NCBI GenBank assembly: GCA_951406725.2
Contig: OX597828.1
Coordinates: 2,542,001-2,606,000, forward strand
Direction: 5' to 3'
From: Octopus vulgaris
Taxonomy: Eukaryota
DNA: 64,000 nucleotides
Part shown: piece by piece, positions 12,662 to 26,453 of the stretch
Numbering within the stretch: position 1 is the first letter of the stretch
How the letters are laid out: each line of letters begins with the position of its first letter
The notes under the pieces: generated by a model
Database searches by the model: none
Seen by the model: only the letters and a program-made list of their open reading frames with translations
What the model was told of the DNA's origin: nothing
Made by a program: the position numbers and the translations under genes

Positions 12662-14048
12662 ATCTGTCGCTTTGTCCAACTAATAGTGGCATACTGTGGT
12701 GAACGTAAGATAATCTTTAACGTAGGTTCATGAAATTGTATTGAAGTAGTACACTCCAGAATGGTTTCCTGGTACTGTCTTACAAATCGACTACATGAAG
12801 TAAGAGTTAAACTGGTATCTTTCTGAGACTTACTACAAATGTGCAACTTGAAACGAATTCCTCTACAATTAATGTTTATGACGAATGTTGGATATGAATT
12901 ATGCTGGTTATTTAAAGTAGGTGTTGAAACATCAGAACAGTTAGTTATTGGATACTACGTATTTCAAAGACCTAATATATTGAAAGCCAAAGATGTGCCA
13001 TTATAAGCAGATTAAATATCTCCGTGGCAAATACATTTTTTATGATAAGCTTCCAACAAAAAGAGAAAAACAATAAATGAGATTTTTTCAAATATTGTTT
13101 GTTGCTTGTTTTTTCTTTTATCAACATTTTCCCCTGAGCAAATCGGTGAAAAAACTAGATACATTATTGTGACAGACAATTTATATTTGAGAATAAGTGA
13201 ACTGCGGGTAAGTTGCGAAGTTCGGAGAAGAGAACTCAGAACGTATTAAGAAAGTGACCTGATATAGTTGTAGAGTAAAATGGACTTTAACAATTGGAGT
13301 CGTACTCTTGAAGACGATTCATTTCCCCTCAATTTTCATTCAATTTTGCAAGTTCAAACCGAATCTTTTTGCGTGAAATTATATCTGCACGCATACATAC
13401 ACACACACACACAGACACACTTTCAGACACATAGACATATAATATATACACACGCTCACGTGTACATGCAGGATGTATCCAACCCCACGCCAGAAAAAAA
13501 CAACGTATACACATATTGAAGTCGGTGTTTATTAAAATACGTTTCATGTTCAAAATCTAACAGAATTTTTTTTTTTTTATGAACGCCTGTTTTCAAACCG
13601 TTCTAGTTCAAGCATTATTGATAACGCGAAGTTATAGAATCGCAAATATCAAGAATTCTTGTTTAGTAGCTGTCAACTTATCGACAGTTGCAGGTTTTGT
13701 ACCGTAAACTATAAGGCCAAAATGGAGAACAGAGTGCCTGCATTAATATGTTTGGTGTAAGCATTCAAATTTTCAGAACCGATGACAAGGTTACACGGTA
13801 GGAATCCAAGGAGCGATGGTGCTCGAAGAATCAGCGTGAATCTTTTGTGAGTATAAAATCTTACGATCGTTTCGAAAAAATGTGGTTTGCAAAGGGCGAG
13901 TTTTCCATCCATAACAATTGACCATATTTCTCTCATCAGAAAGGATTTAAAAGAGTTCAAAATATATAATTGCGAAGCATAAAGACGTTTTAAGATAATA
14001 TTAAGATTAAAAAAAAAGAATTTTAATTCCTAAAAATCTATGAGTTTT

Positions 14049-14692
<644 letters not shown>

Positions 14693-14699
14693 TAGAAGA

Positions 14700-14912
14700 C
14701 CAAAACTGTATGTACGCCGCTATATGTATATATTAAAAAAATGCAACAAGAACGTAACAGGTGACAGCAAAACATCCGGACAATTAGACGATACAACAAA
14801 GGACGCCAAAAAAAAAAACAAAGATGGGTCATTCGGAGCTTTCTATCGTCAGTCGAGTTGCAGATCGTCGTTGCGTTTTCGGCCGGTTACACACGAGACC
14901 GCTCCAATCTCA
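14700..14912 (-). repeat. Microsatellite-embedded interspersed repeat fragment (unclassified, possibly Penelope-like terminal region)
   Basis: Flanked by TA/TACA repeats; carries the CGAAA..CTGACGA motif shared with 9486 and 9812. Confidence 0.4.
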
Positions 14913-14920
14913 TACATACA

Positions 14921-14951
<31 letters not shown>

Positions 14952-15514
14952 CAGAAATGAGTGCACACAATAAAAATACATAGTAAACTTTACAAACGAA
15001 AAACGTAATTGAAAATTAAGCTCGTATCATCTATTTCACAAAGGATTATAGTAATTTCTACACCCCAGGTGTAACTACCCGAGTTATGCCAATAACCATT
15101 GAATACCGTTATTAGGCAGTGGTATACCTTAATCCCTCGCCATATCGCAGTTCACCTATGACGGTTTATTATTTAAGCTTACAGTGATTCCTCCGTGGTG
15201 TTGTTTTGCATTTATAATAAAATAAGTATATACAAATTATAAAAATTAAAAAAATATATATATAAGATAACTACTGTGCCATCACTTTGTTCCATGCTGG
15301 TAATCGATCTCATAATAAGCTTTGTCAACATAAAACTGAAAGTGAAGGCACCGTAGTTAACTTTAACTACCAATGTAGAAATACATATATTCATTCATAC
15401 ATACTTACATGCATACATATATATGCATACGTAACTACATGCATGCACACACATATACACATATATAATATATACACGCACACATATATGATATATGTGT
15501 TTGTGTGTGTGCGT

Positions 15515-15547
<33 letters not shown>

Positions 15548-16559
15548 CACACACACGCACACATAATTTATTAATGGCAGAAGAAAGTTACATTATTACA
15601 TTTCCGGATCTCATACTTCTATTCGCGCGCGCGCATGTTTTCTTTATGCTTGCAATTCTTGATTAAAACACACACACACACACACACATAAATACATATG
15701 TTTAAACATATTTACACATAGAATGAAAGAAACAAATGAAATTGGCAGAGAGAGAGAGAGAGAGAGAGATTGGTAGTAAGAGGGAATTATATTGGTTATA
15801 TTTTTTCATTATTTTGCTCTTTCTAATGCAAAGGGCAGCGTTGCCAATAGCGTTGGCAAAAGGAACAACATTCATAGACAGAATATTTGATTAAACTACG
15901 CATCTCATTTCTTTGTTTCCATATTGTTCTTTTAACCTACAATGCTAGCAAATGACACACAGTCAAATATTTCTCTTGAAGAAGGTTTGTAGCTAGTTTT
16001 GATCAGCAGGAAAAGAATCGTGGGTCATATTATTATTTACCATTATTTTTTGGTTATATGTATATTGTTGAACACTTTAAAGGTGAGTGCTTGACCAGGT
16101 TTATTATCTCGCTTGCAGGCCATTTCCTCATACAGGTGTGTCATGAGAATATTATACTAACCGTAGCTCAGAGGTTCTTCTGTCTGTATGCTTTGACTTT
16201 ATACTAATCCTGAGAAGAAAGGGACAGAAACCACTGAAGTATATCGGTCTCAGAACAAAATACCATCATGAAGTGTCGAAAGCAGACGTTGTTTCCCCAG
16301 TTCCCAGAGCTCGAACTATTATTTTGATTTCTATAACTACACATATTTTTTTTCAAAAAGAAGTAAAAAAGAGAAAAAACTTGTACTTAATGAAACGTAA
16401 TTGTCATTCGCATTTTTAGTGTAGATGATATAGAAGCGTCAAAGTATACTCGAGAATATTTATTTCTATTACGATGCATGTTTTAAGTATTGTAATAATT
16501 GATGATTTGATATTTGACGAACAATAAATGATGAATAAAAGTTATATTTGTCTTTATTA

Positions 16560-17620
16560 AAGTTCATGCATTTTTCAGTAATGTACTTGGTTGCAGATGC
16601 GGTTTTTCTATGGGATAACTAATTTTGCACTGAGCGTCTATCGTCACAGTATTTTAATCACGTTAGTTATTTATTGACTCCAGATTATAAAGATTATAAA
16701 GTAAATTGTTTTCAAGAACAATTTTCTGAACTATTACCTTTGAAATTTATAGTTTGCAATAGCTATATCTACACTGCATTTCGATCGGTTTGCTTTCAGG
16801 CATCGTATTTCCTGGGTGCATAGATGATCCCAGACTGGAATAAGGCATCCAAAAGCAATTGAAGAATGAACCAATCACTTGATGCAGGGAATAGGATGGG
16901 AAATTGTAACCTTTACAGTAACAATTCCTTTCGTATATGAAAGCATTTAAGGAAATAGCAACTTGTGAAGTTTACACTTTTCCCACGAACACAAGAATGG
17001 AAAAAAAGTGAAGTGGTGGCAAATGCAGTTGCTTACCCCATACTGTGTTGGTGTATAGTATTTTTGTTACAATATTCACAATGATATTCTATTAAAGTGC
17101 TAATATTATTTAAACAAAAGATAATAGACCCGCGGTTTGTAAGAACGATGATCTCATTTTATTTTAATTATCATCAACTGTAAACAAACTAATGAATAAA
17201 TATTATATAAGCACAGAAATTAAACATCAAGAAAAGTCACCAAGAATTTAACAAAGAAAATTAGGTTAATAACATTTTTTCTGTGTTAAACGTTTTCACG
17301 TCTAATTCAATCTAATCCGAATAATCACCGGATTAAGAAAAGACAGCTCTAAATAAATAGATCGAGAATACCTCACGCTGGATAAACAAACAACATTTTT
17401 GAGTTTGACATAAATAAGATTTCTGGTGCGTCGCAAGGACATCTAGGTATGCTGCAATTTAAAAAAAATATATATATAATTTAAGCTTTACACCAGACAT
17501 AGGTATCATTCGAGAAAGCTGGCTCATCACCAGGTTGACCACATTACTAAAAAAAAATTCAAGGTAACTTTTTGACATGGGTGCCTTTCAGAAGTTCCAC
17601 ATGTCGCACTTGGCGCATGA
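16560..17620 (-). pseudogene. Highly degraded CACTA/EnSpm (CMC)-type transposase remnant
   Basis: Manual minus-strand translation gives motifs in the correct order: CDAPEILFMSNSK..Y (~17430; cf. CDAPARAF..K.H.GY), NFPSYSLHQV.G..W (~16900; cf. FPLDYMH.V.LG), NFKGN(E)FRKLFL with one frameshift (~16740; cf. WKATEFR.FLL). Confidence 0.45.
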
Positions 17621-18849
17621 TTGATTTAGACAAGTCATATTAACACTTGAGCACCTTGAGAAATGCGATATTGATAATTTCGTTATACACAAGCTTTAGT
17701 TTTCTATTTTTTTCCCTGAAAGGGAATTTTTTCCCTAAAGGCATGCGTTAGTTTTCTAATTTTTTTCCTAAATTTTTAATTTTAACAAAATTTTGTTTTA
17801 GCTTTGAAAATGAAGTGAGCCAGTCATTTTTTAATTTTTCAGATTTGAATTCTGCTATTTAGAATAGATACGCAGTATAAGGAATATATTGAACCTAGCC
17901 CAGCTCCATAATGTAGATCTAAGGATATTTTTAAAATAGTATGAGAGAATTTGTTGTTTTACAGAGAATTAACTGTTTTCCTTAAAGATAAGGAAAAATG
18001 AAATCAAATGTGTTATGTGATCGTAGCATGTCTCGATGATGAGAGTTCTGTTGTTCGATCAACTGGATTATCTGCTCCTGAAATGATGTGTAAGTGGTCG
18101 ATCATTCCACTGACTTGTGCAATATGTGACAATGCTGTACCTTTTGAAATACAAGTACGATCCACCCGAAGAGCCGTCCAACAGTTTCAATTCATCCATT
18201 TCTCTCATAAAGTATAGGTCTACTGAGGGTACAGAAAATGGCATCTGCTAAAAATGTCACGCAATGGTTTTGAACCAGGGACCTCAAGATTGCAAAGCGG
18301 ATTTCCTAACTATTCGTATAAACCGCGCCTACTACAAATTGGTGGTGGTGGTGGTGGCAGTGAAACTCTGTCAATCGATGATGAGTATTTGGTTAGTCGA
18401 CCAGCTAAATTATCTCTCCTGAATTAATGTGTTAGTGGATGAGTATTCCGCAGACACCGTATATCCTTAATGTAATTTTCAGGTAGAATTAACATGACAT
18501 CGTATAAATCAAGATGAATTATAGGTGCAATTCAACTGGCGGGTTTCTATAGAATTTCCGTCAACTCAGTTTCATTTACGAAGTTATAGAAAATGACCTT
18601 TTCCCAAGAGGCAATAAAATGGATCCGAACCCAGGACCTCTTGATTGCGAAGTGAAACGTCTTAAAGTTTTGGATGTATTGCGCCTACTAGAGTGTGAAA
18701 AACAAATAAAGAAAGAAAAGTTAGTGAAACAAACAATGAAAAAGTGTAAATCGATAAGGAGGGCCAAGAAAAGTTCGAGATAATAAAATAATATTAATCT
18801 TTTGAAAAATAATCAGAAGCTCTAATGCTTAACATGCGAGAAGTAAACT

Positions 18850-19300
18850 TTATACAATAAAAACATAATAGTGGGAAAAAATTGAACGGTGCAGAGATGA
18901 AAATTTGATGGAATCTAAACAAGAAACCGTAAAAGAACCAAAGTATATAGACAAACTCTACAGTGGAGATTTTAACACTTTTGATAAAAATAATAAGCTA
19001 CAAACAATTAATCTGTAAATCAGATTCCGGGAAAATTATTGTCACTCACATGCACGAAGAAAGTAAAATGATAGAAGTGACATAAAACATGTGTAAATTA
19101 TGGAAAGACAGCAATAGCTGCTACGAAAGACTATGTTAAAATATATAAGAATGTATTGATCATCTCAGCAATAGTTTGGGGTAGCAAAAAGAAAACATCT
19201 ACTTTGGCATAAGAAGTCATGGTAGAGAGAATAAAGAAATCAAATGTGCTGAGGTTTTTAACACATCAAGCGTAAATCCACAATTGTTACAAGCAAGGGG
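18850..19300 (+). pseudogene. Possible very old RTE/CR1-like LINE RT remnant
   Basis: A-rich, coding-like; fragmentary peptides YIDKLYSG and TFGI../VMVER resemble pre-RT and RT domain 2 regions. Confidence 0.25.
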
Positions 19301-20880
19301 AAAAAAGGTCAGTGACGTATAACAATACTAACAGCTAACCTTTGAAATGAATGAAAGGGAAGGTAAAGACTATATCAATTTCCATTGGTTATTAAGGCGG
19401 AGAAAAGTTTAAAAGTCATTGCTGAAGTATAAATACAAAACGGAAACATAAAGGCTGAAGTTGTTACCTTAGTAATGATCACAGGCATTCGCCACTGCAT
19501 GATTCCATTCAACTTTTGATAAATTCGAATCCCGGGCTTGTTTCCCTAGCCTTTCTTGGAAAGAATTAGCATTGATAATGATTTTGCTTTACATCAGAGG
19601 TATAAATTTAATTCATTAAATTTTGGTTAGGATGGGGAGCTCACGACATTAAATATGAATGAATGCCATTTTACGAAATCACATAAATTGCGCGTAATAA
19701 CTAAAAGTAATACTGAATAAAAATGACGATAAAAAAGTGAAGGAGGTAAAAAAGACAAGGTAAGGTGATTTTTGTTCAAAATAATCATGTTTTGTTTATT
19801 CTTCTTACTCCCACCCCACACCTTATTTACCTTTATAATCTTCTTTATTGAATGATATAATTAGTTGTTACCTGCAATCAGGTAATTTTTACAGATGCCA
19901 GTATGAAATGTTGCTATAAGTACACCTGCCGTTTCTTGTAGAATATAGAAACGACCGCATGGAATTTTAATAATAAAAATAATTCTTATCGTATACTCAG
20001 TAGGCGAATTATTGATTCATCATATTACACACCACACATTAAATTCTATTAAAATCATGTTTACCAAATAGTATACATCCAGATAAAATAGAACGGGAAG
20101 GTAGAGTTTTCCCTGTCCCTATACGAAAAAGAATGTATGTGCTATGTAATTTTTCCCTTGAAATCATTGGCTGTTGTGCCTATATAGTGTTTCGTGGTGC
20201 CATTTGATGGTATGACTGTGGTTTTATATACATGAAGGATCTCCTAGTGGTTATCTCTTTACATGATAATTGTTGCTGATGAAATATCAAACACCACAGA
20301 AAACCTACTACTTGATGCTGAGATTCTGTCTATTTTACCACGTGGAGCATATAATGAAAGGATTGGAGCTGGTTAGCTTGCATACTTATGTGACCTGATT
20401 TGACCTTTGAAAGTCCAAATATTCTCACTTAGAAGACATCTTTTAATTTCTTTTACATTCTTCCTTATCTGCCTCCATACAGCTGACAATGTGGACGTGT
20501 TCTGTGTCCACGAAACTTTAAGTAATGTGGAGCCTCTGACTACAGACGTACAAGTCCGACTAAATGTGTTGAGTGCTACTTTCTTTATTTGTCCATCTAA
20601 ACGTATAGTCAATAATTGGTGATGTACGAACATTTGAGGAGGGAGAAACAACTTGTTTTACGATGATTTCGACTGGCTAGAAAAAAAAGAAAAAAGGTGA
20701 CCCACTGCTCAGCGTATCCATGGAAACCTAAGATGGGGCTGGCGTCGCTGAATTTATGGAGTTATTTACGTTGGATGTCCTACAAAATGTAGACGCCACA
20801 GCAGTTCGACTCTGTACAGGAATAAAAACGTATTGAATGCCACTTTTTTCGCTTGTCCAGTCACTCGCGCATGCGCGCAC

Positions 20881-20919
<39 letters not shown>

Positions 20920-21064
20920 ACTATATTACCGGTAAAGGTATTAGTTACCAATTCTGTACAAGACATTGTAGATCTTTAGCTGGGCTAAAAAGTCACATTC
21001 GATCACAGCACCAGTAACAGTTAAGCTTCGTGCAATGGCCATACTCGATAACGAGGGGGCAACC

Positions 21065-21103
<39 letters not shown>

Positions 21104-21124
21104 TATATATATATATATACTCCA

Positions 21125-21485
21125 TTCTACTCTCTTTTAATTTTTTCAGTCATTTGACTGCGGCCATGCTGGATCACCGCCTTATTCTTTGTAAGCCTAG
21201 TACTTATTCTATCGGTCTCTTTTGCTGAACCACTAAGTTACGGAGACGTAAACACACTAGCATCGATGTTGTGGGGACAAACACTGACAAACAAACATAC
21301 ACATATATATACATATATACGACGGGCTTCTTTCAGTTTCCGTCTGCCAAATCCACCCACAATTCTTTGGTCAGCCCGATGTTATAGTAGAAGACACTTG
21401 CCCAAGGTGCCACGCAGTGGGACTGAACCCAGAATCATGCGGTTGGTAAGCAAGCTACTTACCACACAGCCACTCCTGCGCCTAT
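21125..21485 (-). mobile_element. SINE family A
   Basis: Reverse complement of the family core, ending ccactcctgcgcc. Confidence 0.88.
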
Positions 21486-21528
21486 GTATATATGCTTACA
21501 TGTAATGTGTATGCGCGTAAGCGTGTGC

Positions 21529-21594
<66 letters not shown>

Positions 21595-22509
21595 TTTAAC
21601 TTGAAATGTAAGGTACAAATTTTCCAAAAACATACAATTTTAGATTCACATTGAAAAGAGAGTGGCTACACTATAGGCTTTGTCTGACCGTGGGCAGAAA
21701 AGATGGGACCAATTTGTCTAGTTTCCCATCTTACATCTTCACCAGAAGATTAATAACTCGTAACTGTTTTTGATGTATGTAAATGAAAACTCCTCGAAAC
21801 TGGTTCGCTTAATTTGCATAACATAACGAGCTGACAATGAAGTTGAAATAATTCATAGTGTACCACACAGCATTTTAGGATCTGATCAAATATAAGGCAA
21901 ATTGTTAATTTACTTACAATATGGTATGCTATTGATTCTTATTTCCACATCTCTAGTCGGCTTTGCTTATTGGCCAGGTGCCACTTGTCTAAATTGATAA
22001 AAAGTACTGATAAAACGGGATGATATTGATACCAGCTGCCCTAAAAATTTCCGTGTCAAAATAGACAGAAATAAAATTTCATATCGATCCCGCTTTTTCT
22101 GCCCATCGAGAGATAAATAAATCTGCACTTTCTTTACTATTCATATATATATTTCAAACTATCTAAAAATGGGGGCAACTAAATAAGCCACTTACTACCG
22201 CATTCACTTTTATGCAGACCAGTTTTGCAGAGTCATCGTTTGTATGCATTAAAATATCTAAAAGTTATTAATCTTTCCATGGATATAAAATGAATATTTT
22301 TGTCCTTGATGAAAGTCTAAGAAAACTAAAAATTAATCAATTCACTCCCATTCCTTTCGCCTACTGAGGGGAAAAACATTCGGTGTAACCACATTTTTAC
22401 CTTCTCAGTAAAGATAAAATTGTATATTTTATTTAAAAACAAATAGGTTTATTCCATAAATCGCTCTGTACAAAAGCAATCGTTCCGGGCAATATGTGAG
22501 AACGACTGA

Positions 22510-22678
22510 TTGGTGCGACTGTGTGGTAAGAAGATTGCTTCCAACTACATGGTTCCGCGTTCAGCCCTACTCCGCGACACCTTGAGCAACTGTCTTTTGC
22601 TATGGTCTTGGACCGACCAAAGCCTTGCGTGTGGAAACTAAAAGAAGCCCTTCTGCGCGTGTGTGTATGTGTGTGTGT

Positions 22679-22722
<44 letters not shown>

Positions 22723-22905
22723 CCACCACCGTTTGACAACCGGTACTGATGTGTTTACGTCCACGTAACTTAGCAGTTCTGCATAAGAGACCGATAGAAT
22801 AACTACTAGTTTAAAAGAAAATCCTAGTGTGGATTTGTTCGACTAAACCCTTCAAGGTTGTACTCCAGCATGGACGTAGCCTAATGACTGCAACAAGTAA
22901 AAGAA
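22510..22905 (+). mobile_element. SINE family A
   Basis: Head, (TG)n and tail ctccagcatgg..tgactgcaacaagtaaaag. Confidence 0.85.
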
Positions 22906-22909
22906 GTTG

Positions 22910-23730
22910 GGATCTTTTCCGTTTGAACGGCACATGTCAACACAATTTCTAGTTAACTAAACACTTCTAAACTTCGTATACTGGTAGAATGTGTTTATAA
23001 AACATCATTTTTTCTTGGCTTTATTGAGAAAATTCTATATGTTGTAACATATTTCCACTTTAATTTCAAGCATTTCGGCAATTTTAACCAATCGCTGACC
23101 TCCATTTGGGGTGAAAACATTCCGTGCTGTATGAATATGTCCCTCGTTTAAGAAACAGATTGGGTTTATTTACATTTGCGAAGAAAAAAAGATGCCCTTC
23201 CCCCACCCCTAACCCTAACCCTAACCCTAACCCTAACTCTAACCCTAAATCTAAAATAGATTAAAATGCAATAGATCGATACTAGGGTTATAATTATGGG
23301 TGACATTTTCATTTGACACCGCTAGAAAAAAATCCCATTTTCCGTAGCGGTGTCGTATGAAATTGTCACCTATAATTATAACCCTAGTATCGATCCATTG
23401 CATTTCAAGGGTTAGAGTTAGGGTTAGGGCTAGGGGTGGGGGAAGGGCATATTTTTTTCTTCGCAAATGTAAATAAACCCAATCTGTTTCTTAAACGAGG
23501 GACATATTCATACAGCACGGAATGTTTTCACCCCAAATGGAGGTCAGCGATTGGTTAAAATTGCCGAAATGCTTGAAATTAAAGTGGAAATATGTTACAA
23601 CATAGAATTTTCTCAATAAAGCCAAGAAAAAATGATGTTTTATAAACACATTCTACCAGTATACGAAGTTTAGAAGTGTTTAGTTAACTAGAAATTGTGT
23701 TGACATGTGCCGTTCAAAAGGAAAAGATCC
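22910..23730. mobile_element. Foldback Merlin-like element (second subfamily) with CCCTAA/TTAGGG arrays
   Basis: Ends GGATCTTTTCCGTTTGAACGG / CCGTTCAAAAGGAAAAGATCC; TSD agaagttg/agatgttg (7/8); nearly the whole element is a palindrome centred at ~23335; (CCCTAA)n ~23207-23248 and TTAGGG-like tract ~23408-23435. Confidence 0.9.
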
Positions 23731-23769
23731 AGATGTTGTATGTTTGTATGAAGAGTGGGAGAGAAAGAG

Positions 23770-23816
23770 AGTGATAGATAGATTGATAGATAGATATATA
23801 GATAGATAGATAGCTG

Positions 23817-23892
<76 letters not shown>
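23770..23892. repeat. (GATA)n microsatellite
   Basis: Direct reading. Confidence 0.97.
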
Positions 23893-23897
23893 TAATG

Positions 23898-24134
23898 CCT
23901 TTAACTTGTTTCAGTCATTAGACTGTGGCCATGCTGGGGTAATGCCTTCAAGGATTATTAGGCAGATGTATCGATCCTAGTAATTGTGTTTTTTAAAGCC
24001 TGGTACTTATTCTATCGATCCTCTTTTGCTGAATTGCTAAGTCACGGAAACCTATAAACACCAGCAGCGGTTGTCAAGCAATGCTGTTGGTGGACAAACA
24101 CAGACACAAACATAAACGCGCGCGCGCGCACACA

Positions 24135-24185
<51 letters not shown>

Positions 24186-24373
24186 ACACTCACAACATAG
24201 ACATTTATATACAACGGACTTCTTCCAGTTTCCATCTACCAAATCTACTCACAAGGCTAACCCGAGGATATTGTATCAGACACTTGCCCAAGGTATCACG
24301 CGGTGGGACTGAACCCCAAACCATGTGGTTCGGGGTCCAGTCCCACTGTGTTCTTACCACACACAACGCCTGC

Positions 24374-24380
<7 letters not shown>
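23898..24380 (-). mobile_element. SINE family A
   Basis: Reverse complement core and tail. Confidence 0.85.
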
Positions 24381-24421
<41 letters not shown>

Positions 24422-24542
24422 TTTTGTGTACGTAGTGCATGTGTGTAACTGTACATGCACATATCAATAGAAAAACATACACACAGACACACACAAATTT
24501 TTCATTCATACATTTGTAAATTTACAACCTTTACATATGTAT

Positions 24543-24595
<53 letters not shown>

Positions 24596-24994
24596 TTTTG
24601 ACATGATTCATTTTTATAGCAGCTGGTATTAATATCCCGTTTTTGTCCAGTTTCTTCTATGATGTATCTGTACAAGTGGCACCTGGCCAATAGTAAGGCC
24701 ACCTAGTGTTATTGACATGGGAGCTTAAGAATCAATAACGCACCATATTTGGCTGAGCTGTGTGTAACAGCACTTAAATCTCTATTGTGCCTCAGCTAAA
24801 GAGTTTAGACATTGACTTTTCTTTCATTATTTTCGCTTTGTGATAGGCAAAGTGGAGACAGTAGAAAACCGGAATACTGTGCAGCGAAGAAGCTTCCATG
24901 TGGTGACTTGATCTGTTAGAAAAAGTCATCCAACGTCCCTCAAATAACATCCTACGATCTTTATAAAGAGAGTAATATATGCACACATTAGGTG

Positions 24995-25470
24995 GCAGAA
25001 TGGCCGCGTGATTAAGGAGCTCGCTTTGCAACCAACTGGTTTCGGATTCAGCGCCACTGCACAGCACTTTGTGCAAGAGCCTTCTACCATAGCCCGGGAC
25101 CTGCCGATACGTTCTGAATAAATTTGGTAGGCAGGAACTGCATGGAAGCCTGTCGTATATGTCTGAGTATGAAGTGTATGCGTGTGTATACATGAGTGTA
25201 TGCGTGTGTATACATGAATGTATGCGTGTGTATACATGAGTGTATGCGTGTGTATACATGAGCGTGCATGTGCTTGTGTTTGTCCACCTCAACACTGGAC
25301 AACTGGTGTTTGTTTGTTTACGTCCTCGTATCATAGCAGTTCGACAAAAAGAGAACGCTAGAATCTGCACATACTTAAAACATAAATACTGGGATCGATT
25401 TATTCGATTAAACCCTTGAAGGCGATATCCCGGCTAGATCTCAGTCCAGTGAGTAAAACAAGCAAAAACT
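24995..25470 (+). mobile_element. SINE family A, diverged, with an internal 22-bp tandem (gtatgcgtgtgtatacatgagt x4, ~25176-25262)
   Basis: Degenerate family motifs; tandem read directly. Confidence 0.75.
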
Positions 25471-25979
25471 TAACTAATTTAGTCACACATTTCCTAAAAA
25501 GAGGGACAGTCGCTGCTAGAACGTTTTTGATCATAGCTCTGGCTCGATCATAATTGATTTGTGACTAAACAACAATTAAAATCAGTATTATACTGATATA
25601 TACCATCAGTAATATACTTAGGTTCAATCACTCGACTGTATCATAGCCAATGGGAATTGCCAATGTGCCACGTGAAAAAAAATCAATAATTCCCGGTGAG
25701 GTTCTAGAGACGACTGACGCCACAGAATGTCAGGAAATATTTCACAGAATTTTAATTTCATTCCTGGAAGTTGTGAGTTCAAATTACGCTGAGTTTGACT
25801 TTGTTGTTCCTTGGTGCTGAAGTGTCTCTTTATATGCCTCTTCAGAACATATGCCAAGTCATCTGTAGCTCATCCCGTGGAGCATGGAACAGATTCGGGA
25901 GATAGCTAAAAGGTATCCTGTATTGAAACCTATAAAGTTAATTTCGAAACTTATTAGGAGAGTAATATGCTACAACAGG

Positions 25980-26347
25980 GGGTGGCGAGCTGGCAGAATC
26001 GATAGCAAAATGTTTAGTGGTATTTCGTCTGTCTTTATGTTCTGAGATCAAATATCGCCGGGATTGACTTTACTTTTCATCCTTTCCGGGTCGATAAAAT
26101 AAATACCAGTTGAACACTGGGATCGATTTTATCGATCTATCCACCCCCTCCCAAATTGTTGGCTTTGCGCCAAAATTTGAAACCAAAATACTTCTGTAGA
26201 TAATCATTTTATATGAGAACATCCCACCAATATCATCTTTACTTTTGGTCATTTCGGGATCGATAAAATAAGATACCAGTCAAATACTGGTTCGATGTAA
26301 TTGAGTAATGCCTCACCCTACAAATTTTCTGGTCTTGTTCCGAAATT
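25980..26347 (+). mobile_element. SINE family B, full copy (25980-26186) plus partial copy (~26245-26347) interrupted by a mini-MITE
   Basis: ggcgagctggcagaatcg..gggtcgataaaataaataccag; second tcgataaaataagataccag. Confidence 0.8.
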
Positions 26348-26453
26348 GGATCTTTTCGGTTTGACACTTCTGATAGAATTTCTCTCCTAAATGGTTACGA
26401 CTTTTGTAATGAGCATGAAATAGCGGATCTGGTGTGTCAAAGCGAAGAGATTT
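26348..26453. mobile_element. 106-bp mini-MITE of the GGATC/8-bp TSD (Merlin-like) family
   Basis: TIR GGATCTTTTCGGTTTGACAC vs right end gtgtcaaagcgaagagattt (16/20); TSD ccgaaatt/cctaaatt (7/8). Confidence 0.8.

Noticed and set aside
20340-20450. Mariner-like C-terminal motif (..PDL.P..F.IF)
   Set aside because: Too degenerate, needs several frameshifts, and no TIR found
23207-23248. True telomere or chromosome-fusion site
   Set aside because: Arrays are short, lie inside a TSD-flanked element, and are in CCCTAA..TTAGGG order, opposite to an end-to-end fusion
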